64,000 nucleotides of DNA. Origin: an uncultured Actinomycetes bacterium. GTDB taxonomy: Bacteria; Actinomycetota; Thermoleophilia; Gaiellales; Gaiellaceae. Location of the stretch: contig CAVROJ010000006.1 of the NCBI GenBank assembly GCA_963722755.1, forward strand, positions 102,255-166,254. The letters are read 5' to 3'. The notes under the pieces were generated by a model. The model had not been told where the DNA came from and made no database searches. It saw nothing but the letters and a program-made list of their open reading frames with translations. Shown piece by piece: positions 57,665-64,000 of the stretch (positions are counted from its first letter, which is position 1; each line of letters opens with the position of its first letter). The translations under genes and the position numbers were made by a program.

Positions 57665-58837
57665 TCACGACGGCTCGAGCGTGAACACGACCGGATACTC
57701 GGCCGTGTTGTTGCCGGTGTTCGTCTCCCCTGCGACGGGCTCGACGCTCACCTGCACGGTCGTGTTCTCGCCGAACGGGAAGTCCGGGAAGTCGGAGAAC
57801 GTCACGGTCTTCGTCTCGCCGGGGTCGATCACGTCGATCGTCCCGGTCTTCGCGATCGCCGTCGGCTGCGCCGGGATCGTGAGCTTGACCTTGACGCCGA
57901 CCTCCTGGTTCTCGCCCGAGTTGGTCACGCCGACCTCGAAGGCGAGGTCGGTCGAGATCGTGATCTTCGTCTCGGTCGTGGTCGAGAGCTGGACGCCGGC
58001 GGGCTGGACCTCGGTGTACGCGAGGGCGCTGCCGTGCAGGCCGCCGGGGGTGCCTCCGGTCGACGCGCCGTGGACGCGCTGCCAGATCGAGCTCATCGAG
58101 CGGGCCGTGTAGAGGTCGGCGTTCTCGACGAACACCGACGCGGGAGCGTTGAGGCCCTCGACGCCCTCGGTCGTCATCGTCGCGGTCGCCGTGCCCTGGA
58201 AGAGGTCCTTCCAGACGACGTCGCTGGCCTCGAGCCGGGTGCCGTGCGCGGCGAGCTGCTGGCCCGCCGCGGTCTGGTCGTCCGTGTCCTTCGTCGCGCG
58301 GAACGTGTCGAGCATCCCCTGCAGGCCGGTGACCCGGAGCTCGAGCGCCTGCACCGCATACGCGTGGGCCGGCGTCAGCGGGCCGGGCGGATCGAGATCG
58401 CGTGCGCGCTCGACGTCCAGCTGCTGCCGCTGGACGAAGCCGCCGAGCTTCGTCTCGAGCTCGGTCTGCGCGAGCCCCGGCGTCGTGAGGAGCGTCGCGA
58501 GGTCGGCGCCGACCTTCGCCGAGTCCCTGCCGACCTCGCCGACGTCGCCGAGGTAGGCAGAGTAGGTGGTCTGGTCGTCCTCGGCGGCGCACCCCTGGAC
58601 CCAGATGGCGAGCAGCACCACGACGAGGATCGCGAGCGCGACGAGACCTGCGAGGCGGAGAAGCGGCGTGATCCCGTGCGGCGCGCGGAACTGGGGCCGA
58701 CGAGGCCCTCCCCCGCCGCCGCGCGGGCCGTCGCCGCCGGGCGGGCGCGTTCCCCCCGGCCGGGTCGTCGGCGCAAGCTCGCGCGTCTCGTCGTCGACGA
58801 AGTCGAAGTCGAGGATGTCGTCGTCGTGCACGGTCAC
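57665..58837 (-). CDS. Membrane-anchored protein with C-terminal CARDB/Ig-like domain
   Basis: Intact 390-aa ORF; one TM; VTNSGENQE...IDPGETKTVTF...ETNTGNN. Confidence 0.75.
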   Translation of the reverse strand: MTVHDDDILDFDFVDDETRELAPTTRPGGTRPPGGDGPRGGGGGPRRPQFRAPHGITPLLRLAGLVALAILVVVLLAIWVQGCAAEDDQTTYSAYLGDVGEVGRDSAKVGADLATLLTTPGLAQTELETKLGGFVQRQQLDVERARDLDPPGPLTPAHAYAVQALELRVTGLQGMLDTFRATKDTDDQTAAGQQLAAHGTRLEASDVVWKDLFQGTATATMTTEGVEGLNAPASVFVENADLYTARSMSSIWQRVHGASTGGTPGGLHGSALAYTEVQPAGVQLSTTTETKITISTDLAFEVGVTNSGENQEVGVKVKLTIPAQPTAIAKTGTIDVIDPGETKTVTFSDFPDFPFGENTTVQVSVEPVAGETNTGNNTAEYPVVFTLEPS

Positions 58838-58939
58838 GTTGGTCCCCGCCGGGCCCGGTGACGCTCGACGAGTCCTGTCCCGCCGAACGGCCTGACGCGG
58901 ACGAGTGTACGGGAGATTCGGCGGCGGAGGACGTTCCCC

Positions 58940-60653
58940 TTGAGCGGCGAAGGACGAGAACCGGTGTCGTCCGCTGCCTTCGCCCTACCCGACCGAGCGC
59001 TCGTCCTCGACCGCTATCGACCCCTGAAGCCGCTCGGTCGCGGGGGCTCGGGCTCGGTGTGGCTCGCGCGCGACGAGCGGACCGGCCTCGACGTCGCGCT
59101 GAAGATCGTCCCCCGCGAGGGCAAGCGCGCGGCGCGCGCCGCACGCGAGATGGAGGCCGCGTCTCGCCTGCGCCACGAGCGCTGCGTGCGGGCCTACGAC
59201 TTCGGCGGGGACGCCGGGCACGTCTACATCGCGTACGAGTACGTTCGCGGCCGCACGCTGCGCGAGACGCTCCGGACGGACGGGCTGGACGACGCGGCGG
59301 CCGTCGAGATCGCCGCCCAGGTGCTCGACGGGCTGGCCCACGCCCATCGCAGCGGGATCGTCCATCGCGACGTCAAGCCGTCGAACGTGCTCGTGGAGGA
59401 GGGCGGCGAGATCTCGGTCCGCGTGCTCGACTTCGGCCTCGCGCAGTTCGACGAGGCGGACACGCTCACTGCCGTCGGGGACGTTCCCGGGCACGCTCGC
59501 CTACATCTCGCCGGAGCGCCTCGGCGGCGAGGAGGCCTCCGAGCGGAGCGACGTCTGGGCGGTCGGCGTGATCCTGTGGGAGTCCCTCGCCGGCAGCCAT
59601 CCGTTCTGGGGCGTGCCGCTCCCGGACGTCGCGTCGACGATCGCATCGGGCGCGCCGCCGCTCTCCGCGCGCCGTGGCGACCTGCCGCGGCGACTCCTCG
59701 CGGCGGTCGACAGCGCCCTCTCGGTCGACCCGGCCAAGCGTCCCACCGCCGCCTGGCTCGCCGCCGAGCTCCGCGAGGCGTTCGTCGTACCGCGCCGGCC
59801 GCGCCCCGACCGGCGACGTGAGGCCCCGCAAGCGCAGGTCGGCGCCCGGTGCACGGCCCGCGGCCGCCGCGCTTCCGGCCCGCGAGCGCCTCGTCCCCGC
59901 AGGGCTGGCTGCGTTCGGCACCGCGGTCGGCGGCTCCCTGCTGCCGTTCTGGCCGACCCCCGTGCTCGCCGCGCTCGCGGTCGTCGCCGCGCTGACAACG
60001 CTCCGGGCTCCGCGCCTCGGGCTCGCGCTGGCGCTCGCGACTCCCGTCTTCGCCGCTCGGGAACGTGGCGCTCGCGGCCGCCGTCGTCTACGGCGCGCTC
60101 GCGCTCGGCTGGCTCGCGGTGACGTGGCGCGACGCGCGTGCGGGGCTCGCCTTCTGGGCCGGGCCGCTGCTGGCGTCGATCGGCCTGCTGGCGCTCCTCC
60201 CGCTCGCCGTGCAGCCCGCGCGCGGCGCCTGGCGCCGGGGGCTCCACGCGGGCGCCGGAGTGCTCGCCGCGGCCGCCGTGGCGGGCCTCTCCGGGAGCGC
60301 CCTCCCGCTCGGAGGCGGCGTCGTCGGCGACCTCGGGATCGCGCAGACCGAGCGGCCCACCGACGTGCTCCACGCGCTCGGCACGGTACTGACGCGCGAG
60401 CCCGGAGCTCGCGACCACCGCGCTCGCCCTGGCGCTCGTCGCGATCCTGCTTCCGCGCGCGACGGCACGCGGCCCGTGGGGCATCGCCTGCCTGGGCGCG
60501 CTCCAGGTGACGCTGGTGCTCGCATGGGCGCCGTCGATCCCGTGGCCCGGCTTCGTCTTCGGTACCTGGCTCCTCTGCGGCCTCCTCGCGGCACGGCCGT
60601 TTCTCGCGGTGAGGCCGCTCCTCGCGACGATCGCCCGTCGCGGTGCTCGCTAG
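58940..60653 (+). CDS. Hanks-type Ser/Thr kinase with polytopic membrane C-terminus (indels)
   Basis: LGRGGSGSVW, VALK, HRDVKPSN, DFGLA, GTLAYISPE, DVWAVG, then many hydrophobic segments. Confidence 0.88.
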
Positions 60654-60680
60654 ACTCGTTCGGGGGAGGCGCCCCGTTTC

Positions 60681-61505
60681 ATGAGCGTCCTGCGCGCAAT
60701 CGAGAGCAAGATCGAGGGCCTCTTCGAAGGTATCTTCGGGCGCGCCTTCCGGACCCACGTCCAGCCGGTCGAGCTCGCGCGGAAGCTCGCGAAGGAGATG
60801 GACGAGCACCGTTCCGTCTCGGTCTCGCGGGTCTACGTGCCGAACGAGTTCACGCTCTACCTGTCCGCGCCCGACCGCGCCCAGTTCGCCGCGTACGAGG
60901 GCTCGCTCGTCGGCGAGCTCCAGGAGTACCTGGTCGAGCACGCCCGCCGGGAGGGGTACGCGCTGCTCACGCCGCCCCGCGTGCTCCTCCAGACCGACGA
61001 CGACCTCGCGATGGGCGAGTTCGGGATCGCGACCCGCGTCGCGCAGCCCGAGGAGCGCGTCGCGGTGCCCGATCCGTCCCCGGCCGCGCCCCCGGCCCCG
61101 GCCCGGCGCCCCTCCCGTCGCCCGTGGTGGTGCCGGAGCCGCCCGCAGCGACGATGGTCTACCGGCCGGAGACGCCTCTCGGGGAGGACGACGGGCCACC
61201 GCCCGCGGTGGCGCGCGAGGAGGTCACGCTGACGGTCGGCGGCCGCGCCGTCCCCATCACGTCCAGCCGCGATCGTCGTCGGCCGCTCGCGCGAGTGCGA
61301 CATCCGGGTCGACGACGGCAACGTCTCCCGACGCCATGTCGAGCTCGTCCAGGAGAGCCCGACGGTGTGGGTCGTCGCCGACCTCGGCTCGACGAACGGC
61401 ACCGAGCTCAACGGCCGCGCGGTCACGGGCCGTGCGCGACTCGACGACGGCGACCGGATCACGATCGGCGGCACCGAGCTCGTCTTCGGCCGCACGCTCC
61501 GGTGA
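60681..61505 (+). CDS. fhaA: FhaA-like protein (DUF3662 plus FHA; indels)
   Basis: VQPVELARKL...VPNEFTLYLS; GRSRECDI...VSRRH...DLGSTNGT. Confidence 0.9.
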
Positions 61506-61514
61506 CGCGTCGCC

Positions 61515-61985
61515 GTGACGGTCGACGAGGCGCTGCTCGGCCTCAAGGTGGCGTTCCTCGTGCTCCTGTACCTGTTCGTCTGGCTCGTCGTGCGCTCGGC
61601 GACGCGGGGCCTGAGCGCGGGCGCCCCTCAGGAGAGCATCATCCTCCCCGCGTCCGAGGCCTCGGCCCTGCGAGCCGCGGCGGGCATCCAGACGGGCCGG
61701 GTCGTGGTCCTCGCCAGCCCGGCGCTGCAGGCCGGGACGGCGATCGAGCTGACCGACAGCGCGCGCGTCGGTCGCGGCGCAGAGAACATGATTCGGCTCG
61801 ATGCGGACACGACGGTCTCCAGCCGCCACGCGACCCTCTCGAGGCGTGCCGACGGCCTCTGGGTCGAGGACGCCGGCTCGACCAACGGGACGTTCGTGAA
61901 CGGCGCCCGCGTCACGAGCGCGAGGCTGCTCCAGCCGGGGGACGTGATCCGGATCGGCCACACCGACCTCCTGGTAGAGGCATAG
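61515..61985 (+). CDS. fhaB: FhaB-like membrane-anchored FHA protein
   Basis: TM LKVAFLVLLYLFVW; VGRG...SSRH...GSTNGTFVNG. Confidence 0.9.
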   Translation: MTVDEALLGLKVAFLVLLYLFVWLVVRSATRGLSAGAPQESIILPASEASALRAAAGIQTGRVVVLASPALQAGTAIELTDSARVGRGAENMIRLDADTTVSSRHATLSRRADGLWVEDAGSTNGTFVNGARVTSARLLQPGDVIRIGHTDLLVEA

Positions 61986-61995
61986 TGGTGCTCCG

Positions 61996-62913
<918 letters not shown>

Positions 62914-62917
<4 letters not shown>

Positions 62918-64000
62918 GCGCCCGGAACCGCGAGCTGCTCACGCTCTTCCTCGCCGGGCTCGTCGCGTCGACCGCGTTCGCGAGCGCCTGGCTCTCCGAC
63001 GTCGCCGAGATCGACTACGGCTGGCTGCCGTGGGCGGGGATCCTCGGCGGGATCTTCGTCGTCGCCCATCTCGTCGCGCGCTGGACGGTGCCGGACGCCG
63101 ACCCGACGCTGCTCCCGCTCACCGCGCTCATCTGCGCGATCGGCCTCACGTTCGTCTACCGCCTCGATCCGCAGGACGGCCGCAGGCAGCTCGTCTGGGT
63201 CGCGGTCGGCGTCCTGGCGTTCGCCCTCGTGCTCTTCTGGCTCCGCTTCGACTACCGGATCCTCGAGCGGTACAAGTACGTGTTCGGGGTCTCGGCGATC
63301 GTGCTCCTGATGCTCCCGTCCGTCCCGGGCCTGGGGAGCAGGTCAACGGCGTCCGGCTCTGGGTGGAGATCGGGCCGCTTCGGTTCCAGCCCGGCGAGAT
63401 CGCGAAGATCTTCCTGGTCATCTTCCTCGCCGGGTACCTACGCGACAAGCGTGAGGCGCTCGCCCGGGGACGCCTCAAGGACTTCGGCCCGCTCCTCGCG
63501 ATCTGGGGCGGCGCGATGCTCGTGCTCGTCCAGACGAGCGACCTCGGCTCGGCGCTCCTCAACTTCGGGATCTTCCTCGCGATGCTCTACGCGGCCACCG
63601 GGCGGCTCTCGTACGTCGCCGCGGGCCTCGTGCTGTTCGCCGGCGGCGCGACCGTGCTCTACGACTCGCTGAGCCGCGTCCAGCAGCGCGTCACGGTGTG
63701 GCTCGAGCCGTGGACCGACGAGAAGGTGTACTGCTCGCTCAACGGCGCGCTCGAGTACCGCCAGAACTGCGACTCGTACCAGCTGGTCAAGAGCCTGTAC
63801 TCGATCGCGAACGGCGGCTACGGCGGCACGGGGATCGGCAACGGCACGTTCCAGACCGTCGACGGCACGCAGCTGATCCCGTACCTGCAGACGGACTTCA
63901 TCTACTCGGCGATCGCCCAGGAGCTCGGCCTGATCGGGGCGGCTGCCGTGCTCCTCCTGTTCCTCGCGCTGGTCGCGAGGGGGATGCGGGTCGCGCTCGT
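62914..64000 (+). CDS. rodA: FtsW/RodA SEDS protein (indel; runs off window)
   Basis: FQPGEIAK, DLGSALL, YQLVKSL, TDFIYSAIAQELGLIG; position after pstP. Confidence 0.9.

Overview
A very GC-rich bacterial chromosome segment. Gene content (fhaA-fhaB-pstP-rodA, mqnD, leaderless-style promoters) points to an actinobacterium, probably a deep-branching Thermoleophilia/Gaiellales-like one; this is inference. Many genes, including essential ones, carry single-base indels. These are best read as long-read consensus errors, so gene boundaries were rebuilt across frames and are approximate. Contents in order: 2-oxoacid dehydrogenase E1a/E1b/E2 with a divergent FadR regulator; TetR plus paaABCD; AidB-like acyl-CoA dehydrogenase; an unannotated Rdx/SelW-type selenoprotein; a 4-gene ABC-2 exporter; proline racemase, crotonases and mqnD; a purine/urate catabolic cluster; tRNA-Arg(GCG); gltB-argCJBDR; an ilv-hom-thr-leu-pheA supercluster with a SAM-I riboswitch; an HNH nuclease; and a Ser/Thr kinase-fhaAB-pstP-rodA cluster. 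The most notable signals missed by the ORF track are: (1) a CxxU selenoprotein with a SECIS-like hairpin; (2) three leader-peptide attenuator candidates (Ile/Leu/Val-rich before ilv, Phe-rich before pheA, and a related one before gltB), two sharing a CGG-CGC-TAG-YCGGCG stop-codon hairpin; (3) a catalytically eroded LeuB paralogue heading the ilv operon; (4) a SAM-riboswitch-controlled second ThrC-like enzyme near hom/thrB and a rhodanese, a candidate O-phosphohomoserine route to homocysteine; (5) a two-part palindromic repeat family, one copy of which appears to have remodelled the uraD N-terminus; (6) a rare GCG-anticodon Arg tRNA.
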